DNA from: a virus
Lineage: Duplodnaviria > Heunggongvirae > Uroviricota > Caudoviricetes
IMG/VR virus record: IMGVR_UViG_3300025131_000004
Direction: 5' to 3' (one strand)
Length of the DNA: 46,285 bases
Part shown: positions 34,992 through 44,197 of the stretch, in pieces
How the letters are laid out: each line of letters begins with the position of its first letter
Numbering within the stretch: position 1 is the first letter of the stretch
Program-made: the position numbers and the translations under genes
Notes under the pieces: generated by a model
Told to the model about the DNA's origin: nothing
The model's input: only the letters and a program-made list of their open reading frames with translations
The model's database searches: none

Positions 34992-37900
34992 CTAATATAC
35001 GGCTTCTATACTCGCGCTTGGAAACGCTTGCTTTACTCTCTTCATACACTCCTGTGCATCTGCTATAAAAACGGGTACGAATGACCCCTGTCCAATGGAG
35101 ACTCTGAAACGAGTTCTGCCGCCTTCAAATTTTGGAAGTAAACGAGATAAAGAGTCTATATCTTCAAATGTGGAGATCTCGAGGTTGAGTTCTGTACACC
35201 CATCCTCGACAACCTTCTCCATACTTTGAACCCCATGGATCTTTAAGCTGTTCCTTCCCTGATAACTATCTACCTTGCAACTCATGAAGATACCCTTCTT
35301 CTCTTGAAGTTCTTCTCTGTATGCTTTGTAGATGTTAGGCCAAGCCACTACCTCTACGACACCTGACTTATCACCAAGTGTCACAAAGGCCATGGTGCCC
35401 TGCTTGATATTCCTTTGTTTGATTCCGCCAACAAACCCACCAAGTACAATCATCTCACCTGGTACCAGTGAATCAATATCACTGACCTGATGAGTGACCT
35501 TGGATTTCAATAGGCTTATATAGGAGTCCAGAGGATGTCCGGTCAAGAAGATACCGAGTGCTTCACACTCGTTCATCAACTCTTGAGCCTTGTCCGCTGG
35601 CACCTTAGGAATGAAGAACTCATCAGATTCATTCTCTAAGAGAGTCATCTGTCCTGTTCTTCTGCTGTCTTTGAAATGTCTTGCTTTGTTTACTGCATCC
35701 TCATAGCCAAACTCGAGTTGTCCTCGAGTATGACCTAGCCCATCAAAAGCTCCTGCATATACAAGAGCCAAAATGTTATTACGCTTGCACTGTCCGAGGT
35801 TAACACGCTTGGCAAAATTGTATATATTGCTAAACGAACCTGACTTGCGAGCTTCGAAGATACCTTTGAGCGCACTTGGTCCTACTCCTTTGATGGCCTC
35901 CAGGCCAAATAAGATGTCTCCATCCTTTACGTTGAATCCAATACCTGAATGATTGATGTCAGGAGAAAGAACCTTTACTCCTACCTTCTTCGCTTCTTCT
36001 ACAAGAACATGAATGGCATCAAAATCACCAGTCTTTACAGTCATGTATGCTGCCAAGAATTCTGCTGGATAATGATGTTTCAGGTATGCTGTCTGATAGG
36101 CCAAGATGGCATAGCAGATAGAGTGTGCCTTGTTGAAGCAATAGTCAGAGAAGTTATAGATGTCAGTCCATGCACTCTTGATTTCTGAAAGCTTAAACCC
36201 CTTCTCTTGAGCGCCGTTAAAGAACCTTGCCTTTAGCGCAGCCATTTCCTTTGGCTTTTTCTTGCCAATCGCTCTTCGCATGAGATCAGCTTCTCCAAGG
36301 GAGAATCCTGCGAATTCCTGCGCAATCTTAAGGACTTGTTCTTGATAGACAAGGACTCCGTTCGTCGATGCCAAAATCTTTGCAATCTCAGGTAGAGTCG
36401 TCCACCCAGCAATCGCATTCTCCTTTTCTTTTCTAACATCCAAGATGGTATGAACCATACCCATCTTAAGGGGACCTGGACGATAGAGAGCGATGACAGA
36501 AGAAAGATCTTCTACGCTCTTGGGCTGGAAGCCGGTACCAAAGTCCCGCATTCCTTTTTCTTCGAACTGGAAGATACCATAGCTGTTACCTTTTGCAAAG
36601 ATGTTCTCGAAGACCTTCAAATCATCAAGAGGAACATCCTCTATCATGAATTCAGGCTTATCCTTCTGAATCATCTGCACAGACAGATCAATGGCATCAA
36701 GAGCTGCAAGGCCAAGGAAGTCATACTTCACATAACCTGCCTCTTCAACCTCGTTCATATCAAACTGGGTTACGGCCACACCAGTGTCGGCATTGACCTT
36801 TCCAAGGGGAATCTGATCAAACAAAGGCTGGTCATGAATGACCACTCCACTTGGATGAACAGAGGTGTGTCTTCTAAGTGACTCTAATTGCTCAGCAATG
36901 TCACAGACCTTCTTAAAGGTCTTGTCTTCTGAATACTTCTTCTTGAAACGGGCATTCTCGTGACAATAGGCAGCCTTCCACAGACCTTCTTCGTCCTTCT
37001 CTGTCTTCTTTGTAAGGGTGACACGATGCCTGCCCTGTCCACCCTTCTCTTCCTCTGGAATGAAGCCAGCGTGTTCTGACTGCTTCTTCCCATCGAATCC
37101 CAGGACTCTCGTGACGTCTCTGATCAGTCCGCGAGGCTTCAGGAAGGCTTGGGTACCAATTTGTGCTACACAGTCCTTACCATACTTCTCTGCGGCCCAT
37201 TGAATCAGCTCGTTTCGTCTTGACCTTTGGAAGTCAGTGTCGAAATCGGGCATAGATACTCTGTGAGGGTTAAGGAAACGCTCAAAATATAAATCATACT
37301 CAATCGGATCAACGTCAGTAATACCAAGGCAATACGCCACCAACGAGCCCGCTCCGGATCCACGGCCTGGTCCAACTCTGATATTAAGCGATCTAGCTGC
37401 TTCGATATACTCCTGGACAACCAAGAAGTAACTCTCGTAGCCCATCTCTTTGATAATCCTAAGCTCATACTTGAACCTGTCCTCATACTCCCTGCTAAGC
37501 TCAGGCTCCATTGCATCAGGAAATCTGTTGGCAAAGCCTTTCGTAGCCTCGACCAAAAGCTCCTTCTTCCCCATATTGGGGAGATAGATCTTTGTCTTGC
37601 CCCACTCGACCTTGCAGTTCTCTGCAATCTCGTGCGCTGTAAAGGCGGCCTTCTTCTGGCCAATGCCATCAAATGCTTCACAGATCTCATCGGTAGTCTC
37701 TACAGAGAACTGCTTCGGTTGAAACTTGTGTCTATCAGGATCATCAAGCATCTTGTTCATGCCTACGCAGAAATTGATGTCCTGAAAATAGTCATCCTTC
37801 TTTTCTAAGTAGTGACAGTCGTTCGTTCCGACTGTCTTGATACCAGTTCTCTTGGCAAGAGCTATGATCGCATCGTTGAATGGTGTCTGGTCAGGCTCAC

Positions 37901-38456
37901 CATTGAGCATGATCTCCAAGAAATACGAATCACCCATCAGAGTCTTGTACCTATCTGCGATCAGATCAAGACCAGTGTTTTCATTCCTGTGTGCATCAGC
38001 CAACTCAGACCCCAGACATCCACTAAGAATGATGAGTCCCTCACGGTACTCCTCAATCATCTTGTGATCCATTCTTGGTTGAGTGTAGAACCCCTCATTC
38101 CATGCCCTGCTCATGAGAGCGGTCAAGTTTTTAAGTCCTGTATTGTCTCTGGCAAGAATAGTCAGATGATTGGATGAGCCCTTGTTGCTCCACTTCCGCC
38201 CAGCGACATTCGTATCCTTACCACGACACTTGATGATGTCAGGTACTACATAGGCTTCTACACCTGGAATGTAATTGATACCATACTTCTCAGCAGCCTT
38301 CTTCATTTCCCAGATGGAGGAGATGGTTCCATGATCGGTCACGGCTACGTGATCCATACCATTCTCTTTACATCTTCTCATCAAGTCGTCTGCCTTGATG
38401 GTTCCATCAAGAAGACTGTGATCTGAATGCAAGTGTAAGTGTGCAAACTTATTCAT
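34992..38456 (-). CDS. dnaE: DNA polymerase III alpha subunit (family C)
   Basis: PHP domain HLHLHSDHSLLDG/TDHG/TNDCHY, GRGSGAGS, MPDFDTDF, KYDFLGL, FNKAH, PDINHS, C-terminal OB fold. Confidence 0.98.
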   Translation of the reverse strand: MNKFAHLHLHSDHSLLDGTIKADDLMRRCKENGMDHVAVTDHGTISSIWEMKKAAEKYGINYIPGVEAYVVPDIIKCRGKDTNVAGRKWSNKGSSNHLTILARDNTGLKNLTALMSRAWNEGFYTQPRMDHKMIEEYREGLIILSGCLGSELADAHRNENTGLDLIADRYKTLMGDSYFLEIMLNGEPDQTPFNDAIIALAKRTGIKTVGTNDCHYLEKKDDYFQDINFCVGMNKMLDDPDRHKFQPKQFSVETTDEICEAFDGIGQKKAAFTAHEIAENCKVEWGKTKIYLPNMGKKELLVEATKGFANRFPDAMEPELSREYEDRFKYELRIIKEMGYESYFLVVQEYIEAARSLNIRVGPGRGSGAGSLVAYCLGITDVDPIEYDLYFERFLNPHRVSMPDFDTDFQRSRRNELIQWAAEKYGKDCVAQIGTQAFLKPRGLIRDVTRVLGFDGKKQSEHAGFIPEEEKGGQGRHRVTLTKKTEKDEEGLWKAAYCHENARFKKKYSEDKTFKKVCDIAEQLESLRRHTSVHPSGVVIHDQPLFDQIPLGKVNADTGVAVTQFDMNEVEEAGYVKYDFLGLAALDAIDLSVQMIQKDKPEFMIEDVPLDDLKVFENIFAKGNSYGIFQFEEKGMRDFGTGFQPKSVEDLSSVIALYRPGPLKMGMVHTILDVRKEKENAIAGWTTLPEIAKILASTNGVLVYQEQVLKIAQEFAGFSLGEADLMRRAIGKKKPKEMAALKARFFNGAQEKGFKLSEIKSAWTDIYNFSDYCFNKAHSICYAILAYQTAYLKHHYPAEFLAAYMTVKTGDFDAIHVLVEEAKKVGVKVLSPDINHSGIGFNVKDGDILFGLEAIKGVGPSALKGIFEARKSGSFSNIYNFAKRVNLGQCKRNNILALVYAGAFDGLGHTRGQLEFGYEDAVNKARHFKDSRRTGQMTLLENESDEFFIPKVPADKAQELMNECEALGIFLTGHPLDSYISLLKSKVTHQVSDIDSLVPGEMIVLGGFVGGIKQRNIKQGTMAFVTLGDKSGVVEVVAWPNIYKAYREELQEKKGIFMSCKVDSYQGRNSLKIHGVQSMEKVVEDGCTELNLEISTFEDIDSLSRLLPKFEGGRTRFRVSIGQGSFVPVFIADAQECMKRVKQAFPSASIEAVY

Positions 38457-38463
38457 GAATTCC

Positions 38464-39483
38464 TTATGAAATATAGCTATCCCAGGTTTGAACGTCTTCT
38501 CCCCCTAGCTGCTTCTTTACTTGATTGGCTACTACATGTGCAAAGTCTGCAAAGACTGTGTGATACACATGTCCTTCAGCGATAGCACAGCCTGCTGCAC
38601 CTTCATGCCCACCGCCCTTGAAGAGGGCAGCGATCTCATTGACCTTGATAGGGCTATGATTTCCTCTAAGGGAAACGTATCCACTCTTTTGATTTACCAA
38701 GGCGACTACGTCACCTGTCTTACAAAGAACATACAAGGCTTGCTTGGCCACCTCTGGGTCTTCTGGAGAGATCATCGCCACAACCAACTTCAGATCTCCC
38801 TGTAGAACTGGTTCTTCAAAATTCCAAGTGAATATCTTCAACCCTTTGAAATTATAAAGAAAATCTTCATGATAAAGAGGCTCCATCTGTTGAATGTATT
38901 CTGCAATCAGATTTTGAGTAAGCTTTTCTTCCGAGCCTAAAAGCTCGGGTGCCTGGTCACAAAGACCCTGAAGAACAGAGGCGAATTGAATCGCTTCAAG
39001 ACTTCTAAATCTAAAGCCGACAGTGTCAGCCCAAAGACCAGCATAAAGAATTGGATGTACTATTCCGTGTCTGATCAAGACACATCCTGTTGAAGGCACG
39101 TCTTCTACAAAATAATTTTTATCAGGACTGTTCTTATTAAGGTCAGAGCTATGATGATCAAAGACGACTGTAGGAATCGAAGGAGGCTTGAATCCCAATC
39201 GATTTGCCGTAGGCTGACAGTCAAAGACAATAAGACTTTTTGCCTCGCCTAATATCTCTACAATCTCACCCGTTGGTGCGGTGCAGAAATCTTCTGGCTC
39301 CAAGATCCAGGATGAATCAGAGAACAGAGTGCCTTGAATACGTATATAGGCTTCTTTGTTGTGCCATCTAAGAAAGTCCAGCATGGCTGAAGCGGCAGAC
39401 AATCCGTCTGCGTCTGGACTCTTGTGAGTTGCGAGGACAATAGGTTCGGGCAGCTTTAAAAGCATCTCCGTAGTTGTTGACAT
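38464..39483 (-). CDS. DHH/DHHA1 phosphoesterase (NrnA-like)
   Basis: HKSPDADG, FDHH, ADT..FRF, SLR, GGGHEGAAG. Confidence 0.9.
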   Translation of the reverse strand: MSTTTEMLLKLPEPIVLATHKSPDADGLSAASAMLDFLRWHNKEAYIRIQGTLFSDSSWILEPEDFCTAPTGEIVEILGEAKSLIVFDCQPTANRLGFKPPSIPTVVFDHHSSDLNKNSPDKNYFVEDVPSTGCVLIRHGIVHPILYAGLWADTVGFRFRSLEAIQFASVLQGLCDQAPELLGSEEKLTQNLIAEYIQQMEPLYHEDFLYNFKGLKIFTWNFEEPVLQGDLKLVVAMISPEDPEVAKQALYVLCKTGDVVALVNQKSGYVSLRGNHSPIKVNEIAALFKGGGHEGAAGCAIAEGHVYHTVFADFAHVVANQVKKQLGGEDVQTWDSYIS

Positions 39484-39517
39484 ATGTTTCTTCTTTACAG
39501 TTCTAATAAACTGATTC

Positions 39518-39702
39518 TTAATCAGGCTGGTACTTTTTACACAGCTTTTCGTGATGGTAGTCTGCTATGAGAGCTCTGATGATAACTATCTCATCTTTGT
39601 CCCATAGCAGGTTGAGAATGAATGTTCCTCTTTCGTGAAGCCACGTCTCAGCTGTCTCGAATTCATGAGAAAGATTCTTTCACAATCCATATGGTGTTGC
39701 AT
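39518..39702 (-). pseudogene. Small gene apparently split by a -1 frame break
   Basis: The coupled ATG gives MQHHMDCE...(stop at 39586); the -1 frame KNLSHEFETAETWL...YQPD has no start of its own and fills the gap. Confidence 0.4.
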
Positions 39703-40271
39703 TACTTTCCGCTTGATCCAAACCCACCACGACTGATCTCAGCAGCGGGAATGAATTCTTCCCACGCAACATTAAGAGTAGGCCTAAGTACCAGTTGAGC
39801 GATTCGATCGCCCTTGTTGATAACCAGTGGCCTCTTGCTTGCGCTACTGGAGTAGTTGATCACATCGATCTTCTTGCCCCTTATAGCGGCATTGAATGTC
39901 TCTGCAGTGATGCCGATTCCTCGGCCTGCGATCTTTTCAGAGCCCAGGTTGGCCCTCTCTCTTGGCAGTCTGAAGACAGCGACACCAAGTTCATCCTTGG
40001 CACCACAGTAATCAGCATCGATAAGACCGAGGCCGTTGGCCAAGATCAATCCATGCTTTACTGCCATGCTGCTTCGTAAGATCAACTCAAAGTGAAAGCC
40101 TTCTGGTGGTTGAACAACCACACCTGTTCTGATGATAGCTGCATCACCAGGTCGTAGATTATAGTAATCAGCTGAGTAAAGATCCCATCCTGCTGACTTC
40201 TCGGTCCCTCTCGTAGGGACAACTCCTCCATCTAACAGATGGAACTTACATTGCTTTGGCTTAGTTGCCAT
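39702..40271 (-). CDS. dut: Trimeric dUTPase with an insertion
   Basis: Motifs AGWDL, RSS, GLIDADY, GDRIAQL, RGGFGSSG. Confidence 0.95.
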   Translation of the reverse strand: MATKPKQCKFHLLDGGVVPTRGTEKSAGWDLYSADYYNLRPGDAAIIRTGVVVQPPEGFHFELILRSSMAVKHGLILANGLGLIDADYCGAKDELGVAVFRLPRERANLGSEKIAGRGIGITAETFNAAIRGKKIDVINYSSSASKRPLVINKGDRIAQLVLRPTLNVAWEEFIPAAEISRGGFGSSGK

Positions 40272-40281
40272 TGGTTCTCCT

Positions 40282-40887
40282 TTATAACTCTTTCAAAAGC
40301 TTAACTAACCAGCCAGCAAGATAGTATTCACCATCTTTAAATACAGTTACTCCTGAATCTACAAGATTCATAGTCAACTGAGCAGCTGAGGTATGAGCTT
40401 GGTTGTGAATTTGAGAGCTTTCCTTTCTTGTCTTGCCTGCACACAAATAGAGATTTTCTATTCTGTTGTCAGCAGGTTGATTGTTAATATGATGAACAAA
40501 TTGGTGTTCAGGAATGATATCGTCAAGCTTCTCTTCCATCACCAATATATGCTCTAATACATATGGGGCTGGCTTCTTTTGTCTTTCAGCACGATTTTTT
40601 ACTCTTGGATGATCAGGAACATACACAGCCGTGTATTTACCACTTCGTCTAAGATGTATCGGATTAGCTAATGCCTTCTCACGAAGACCTTTTGCCATAG
40701 ATTCTAATCGTGCTTTGTTCTTAGTTGGGTCTCTTTCTGTTTGTTCACGAGATGAACAAGATCTACATATATGTTTACTGTTCTGCTTTGCATAGTGCCA
40801 AGAGATTTTTCTAATCTTTTCACACACCTCACACTTAACTTCTACCTTTCGGTAGAACCCTCCAGTTTTTAGATCTTTAACTATCAT
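40282..40887 (-). CDS. HNH free-standing homing endonuclease
   Basis: CEVC...CRSC, YVLEHILVME, VHHIN...DNRIENL...H; AT-rich. Confidence 0.88.
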   Translation of the reverse strand: MIVKDLKTGGFYRKVEVKCEVCEKIRKISWHYAKQNSKHICRSCSSREQTERDPTKNKARLESMAKGLREKALANPIHLRRSGKYTAVYVPDHPRVKNRAERQKKPAPYVLEHILVMEEKLDDIIPEHQFVHHINNQPADNRIENLYLCAGKTRKESSQIHNQAHTSAAQLTMNLVDSGVTVFKDGEYYLAGWLVKLLKEL

Positions 40888-40921
40888 GTTACCTCCACTA
40901 AACTTATTAAGTTCTGTTTTT

Positions 40922-40930
40922 AGTATAACA
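40922..40930 (-). promoter_or_regulatory. Extended -10 promoter for the HNH gene
   Basis: Minus strand TGTTATACT (TGn-TATACT) upstream of SD GGAGGT at 40891-40896. Confidence 0.55.
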
Positions 40931-40933
40931 TGA

Positions 40934-41839
40934 CTATAGTACTTCGGCCACCAGATCAGCGAGCGGACTTCGACAGCCCTTAATTAATTCTATATAACTT
41001 GTAAGAGGAGACTCTTTGATCTGTAAGCTGTTGATAAGCCTATACAATCCGGTCTCTTCCCATGTCAGATCACTGTCTCTTTGAGAGGGGTCTCCCATCA
41101 ATACGATTTTGGATCCTTCTCCGATACGAGTGCACAGTGTCTTCAATTCATGTGGACTGAATGACTGTACTTCATCGGCCACGATAAAGGAGTTGGAGAA
41201 CGATGCTCCTCTCATTACAGACACAGGTATCCACTTGATCTTTCCTTCATCCTCTAGCAAATCAAGATACTTCAAGCCATGCTTGCTGAGAAGAATTTCT
41301 AAGTTGCAGTAGAAGGAGAGAAGATACGGGTCGTATTTCTCTCTAAGATCACCAGGGACTGCACCAAGATTCATGTTTCCTACAGAGGTCATGGGCTTGG
41401 TGAATATGATGGAATCATACTTGCTGGTATCAAGAAGCTTCGTGAGTGCTACTGCTGTAGCACAGATAGTCTTACCCGTTCCGGCATGTCCGGTGATAAT
41501 GTTCATGGTGACATCGTCATCAAAGAGACAATCCATCAACATCTTTTGTTCTTTGTTCCTCGGAGAGATACCGCTGTAACTCATCTCTTCTGGAACTTTG
41601 AGAATTACTTCTCCGTTTTTTGATACACGTCCCAATGCACTATGTGATTCACATTCAATACACTTTAATACAATCGACATGTTTGGATAGAAAGGTCCGA
41701 CAGAAAAGTCTTCTAGCTTAATCGGTCCCTTCCACAGCTTGTTCACCATCTGGTGAGAGACGTGAATCTTCTTCACTCCTGTGTAGTCCATCTTGCTCCC
41801 GGAGACGCTTGATTCTGTCCCACAATGCTTTGTATCCAT
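40934..41839 (-). CDS. phoH: PhoH-family ATPase
   Basis: PRNKEQ, GHAGTGKT, LGAVPGDLREK, MRGASF, DEVQ, TRIGEGSK, GDPSQ. An alternative start is ATG 41791. Confidence 0.93.
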   Translation of the reverse strand: MDTKHCGTESSVSGSKMDYTGVKKIHVSHQMVNKLWKGPIKLEDFSVGPFYPNMSIVLKCIECESHSALGRVSKNGEVILKVPEEMSYSGISPRNKEQKMLMDCLFDDDVTMNIITGHAGTGKTICATAVALTKLLDTSKYDSIIFTKPMTSVGNMNLGAVPGDLREKYDPYLLSFYCNLEILLSKHGLKYLDLLEDEGKIKWIPVSVMRGASFSNSFIVADEVQSFSPHELKTLCTRIGEGSKIVLMGDPSQRDSDLTWEETGLYRLINSLQIKESPLTSYIELIKGCRSPLADLVAEVL

Positions 41840-42251
41840 CCTCTAAGTCCATCTCAATCTGTTCTGATCGAGACAGAATGCTATCGATACGTGCGTATGT
41901 TATTGTGGGATTACCGCCGCGTCCGTTCTTTCTCACTCTACTTGGTTTTGTAACCGGTCTCAAATCACAGTTGTAAGCTCGGCCCATCGGACGACCCGTA
42001 GGGTCATACATTCTAGGTCGGTGAATCTCACGTGTGGCATACATATCCTCTTTGATATCAAAGAATCTAGTGTATCCACATTGCTTACACCTAAATGTGT
42101 ATTGAGGAGTGGAACGTACGGTAAGCTCCTCCTTTGGAATAGAAAGCAAGGCGTCGATGACTCTCTCTTGATGGAGAGCCATGTCCTTTTGTCTTTCTAG
42201 TTCTTCCTTAGCTTCCCTCTGTTGTTGAATCGCTTTCGTTGTCTGGTTCAT
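41718..42251 (-). CDS. Hypothetical protein with a CxxC zinc finger
   Basis: FRCKQCG motif; packed between recA and phoH. Confidence 0.55.
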   Translation of the reverse strand: MNQTTKAIQQQREAKEELERQKDMALHQERVIDALLSIPKEELTVRSTPQYTFRCKQCGYTRFFDIKEDMYATREIHRPRMYDPTGRPMGRAYNCDLRPVTKPSRVRKNGRGGNPTITYARIDSILSRSEQIEMDLEDGYKALWDRIKRLREQDGLHRSEEDSRLSPDGEQAVEGTD

Positions 42252-43266
42252 CTTTTAATAGTTCGGCACGTAGCTCATTGGCTAGCTCCTCATTCTCCCT
42301 TAGATATTCTGCTGCCTTCGCATCTCCTTGAACCTTGAAGGTTCCAAGTTGATACCAAGAGCTGGACTTTTCAATGAGTCCCTTGTCCACACTGAGATCA
42401 AGAAGCTCCTTGAAAACATCAATTCCCTGCCCATATAAAATACGAGATTCATATTGCACATATGGTGGGGCCATCTTGTTTTTGACAATCTTTACCTTGA
42501 TATTGTTACCAATAAGCTCTTCGTCCATCCGAATACCGGCACCGGCTCTTCTGATCTCAACTCTTACAGAAGAGTAGAACTTAAGAGCTCTGCCACCAGG
42601 TGTGACCTCTGGGTTTCCAAACATGACGCCAACCTTCTCTCTGATCTGGTTGATGAAGATGACAATACATTCGCTACTTGCTACAGCTCCTGTAAGTTTA
42701 CGCATAGCTTGACTCATCAGTCTGGATTGAAGGCCCACATGAGACTTGCCCATCTCGCCTTCAAGCTCTGCTCGTGGTACCAAGGCAGCGACAGAGTCTA
42801 CGACAATCATGTCTACTACATTGCTACGAACTAGAATATCAACAGCTTCAAGAGCACCCTCACCAGTCATAGGCTGAGAGAACACAAGCTTGTCCGTGTC
42901 CACTCCAAGATTTCTTGCATAGGTAGGGTCCAATGCGTGTTCTACATCAATAAATGCTGCAGTCCCTCCTGCCTTCTGACACTCTGCCATTGCATGAAGG
43001 GCCAGGGTGGTCTTGCCGCTGGATTCAGGACCATAGATCTCTATCATCCTACCCTTTGGCCAGCCTCCGATGCCAAGAGCCTTGTCCAATTGAGGGCTTC
43101 CACTTGTAATGGAAGGCCACTTTTCTGACTTGGACTCTCCTAAGATGATAACAGAGCCCTTACCTAGTTTCTTGTTGGCTGATCCTATCGCCAGCTCTAA
43201 CGCCTTATCTTTTGCAATCTCTGCTTTCGTTTTTGTTGTGACTTCTCTAGTCAATTCTAGTTCCAC
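42208..43266 (-). CDS. recA: Recombinase A
   Basis: [59 protein letters not shown]. Confidence 0.98.
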   Translation of the reverse strand: MELELTREVTTKTKAEIAKDKALELAIGSANKKLGKGSVIILGESKSEKWPSITSGSPQLDKALGIGGWPKGRMIEIYGPESSGKTTLALHAMAECQKAGGTAAFIDVEHALDPTYARNLGVDTDKLVFSQPMTGEGALEAVDILVRSNVVDMIVVDSVAALVPRAELEGEMGKSHVGLQSRLMSQAMRKLTGAVASSECIVIFINQIREKVGVMFGNPEVTPGGRALKFYSSVRVEIRRAGAGIRMDEELIGNNIKVKIVKNKMAPPYVQYESRILYGQGIDVFKELLDLSVDKGLIEKSSSWYQLGTFKVQGDAKAAEYLRENEELANELRAELLKDEPDNESDSTTEGS

Positions 43267-43888
43267 TAAAATGCTCCACTATAGGATAGATCATATTGTC
43301 TTGAACATGTGATGTAAGAATATCTATATCCTCACAGTTGAATACAATGTCATTGAAGACTTCTGATGGAATCTCATCCATTGAGATCTCACTGCTATCC
43401 TTGCTGCCATGATAATTTTCACGGCCAGGTCGCTGAATCTTGATAAGATAAGCGTCCTTGGCTTGTAAGGCCTTGATTTCATTAGGGAATCTTACATCAG
43501 CACACACAACGATACCCTTTTTTCCTGACTTATCTAAGATTGCGTTTGCTTCAATTCCCATTAGAATCAACGTTGCGTTGTTCAAAAAGTATTCAGTCCA
43601 TACAGCAGGCCAAATCTCACGCATCTTCATGCCTACACCCTGCAAGATCTCTCTTGGTGTAAGACAATGTCCATCAGGACCTTGAAGATGCATAAGCATC
43701 TGCTCCTTAGCCAATGGATCATAACATTCTTCATAGCTAAGTCCGAAGAGTACTTCGGCAATCTCTTTTACAGGAAGGGCGATCGCCAACTTCTCTGCTA
43801 CAAATTCTTTCGGTAAGTTTTTAATGATCAGATCAGCAAGAGTGTCTTTACCAGACCCTGCCTTCCCTGAAATTCCAATTATTTTCAT
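43247..43888 (-). CDS. Deoxynucleoside monophosphate kinase
   Basis: [28 protein letters not shown]. Confidence 0.9.
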   Translation of the reverse strand: MKIIGISGKAGSGKDTLADLIIKNLPKEFVAEKLAIALPVKEIAEVLFGLSYEECYDPLAKEQMLMHLQGPDGHCLTPREILQGVGMKMREIWPAVWTEYFLNNATLILMGIEANAILDKSGKKGIVVCADVRFPNEIKALQAKDAYLIKIQRPGRENYHGSKDSSEISMDEIPSEVFNDIVFNCEDIDILTSHVQDNMIYPIVEHFSGTRID

Positions 43889-44190
43889 GTCTCTTTGTCT
43901 GGAGCCTCCTTTTGAATTCTTTCTCTCATAAAATCTGGATCGATATTTAATACATCACAGATTTCATCGAAGGTGACTGCCCACGGGTCCATCACCTTGG
44001 CTTTTCTAAAGATAAAGTCTGCAGCAGTCTTCCACTCTTGAAACTCGGTACAGCCATCTGAAAACTCTGAACTTTTATTATGACTTGTCGGATCTAGATG
44101 AAGATAGTCCTTCATCGCTCTCTCAAGGAAGGCCACCAAGAACTTTTCAAGACCTTCATCGAAAGCGATGGGACTATCCATCATGTCCAT
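43885..44190 (-). CDS. Hypothetical protein
   Basis: Helical small protein (FDEICDVLNIDPDFMR). The first ATG after the RNR stop was chosen; the track extends it to 44265. Confidence 0.55.
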   Translation of the reverse strand: MDMMDSPIAFDEGLEKFLVAFLERAMKDYLHLDPTSHNKSSEFSDGCTEFQEWKTAADFIFRKAKVMDPWAVTFDEICDVLNIDPDFMRERIQKEAPDKET

Positions 44191-44197
44191 TTCGTAA

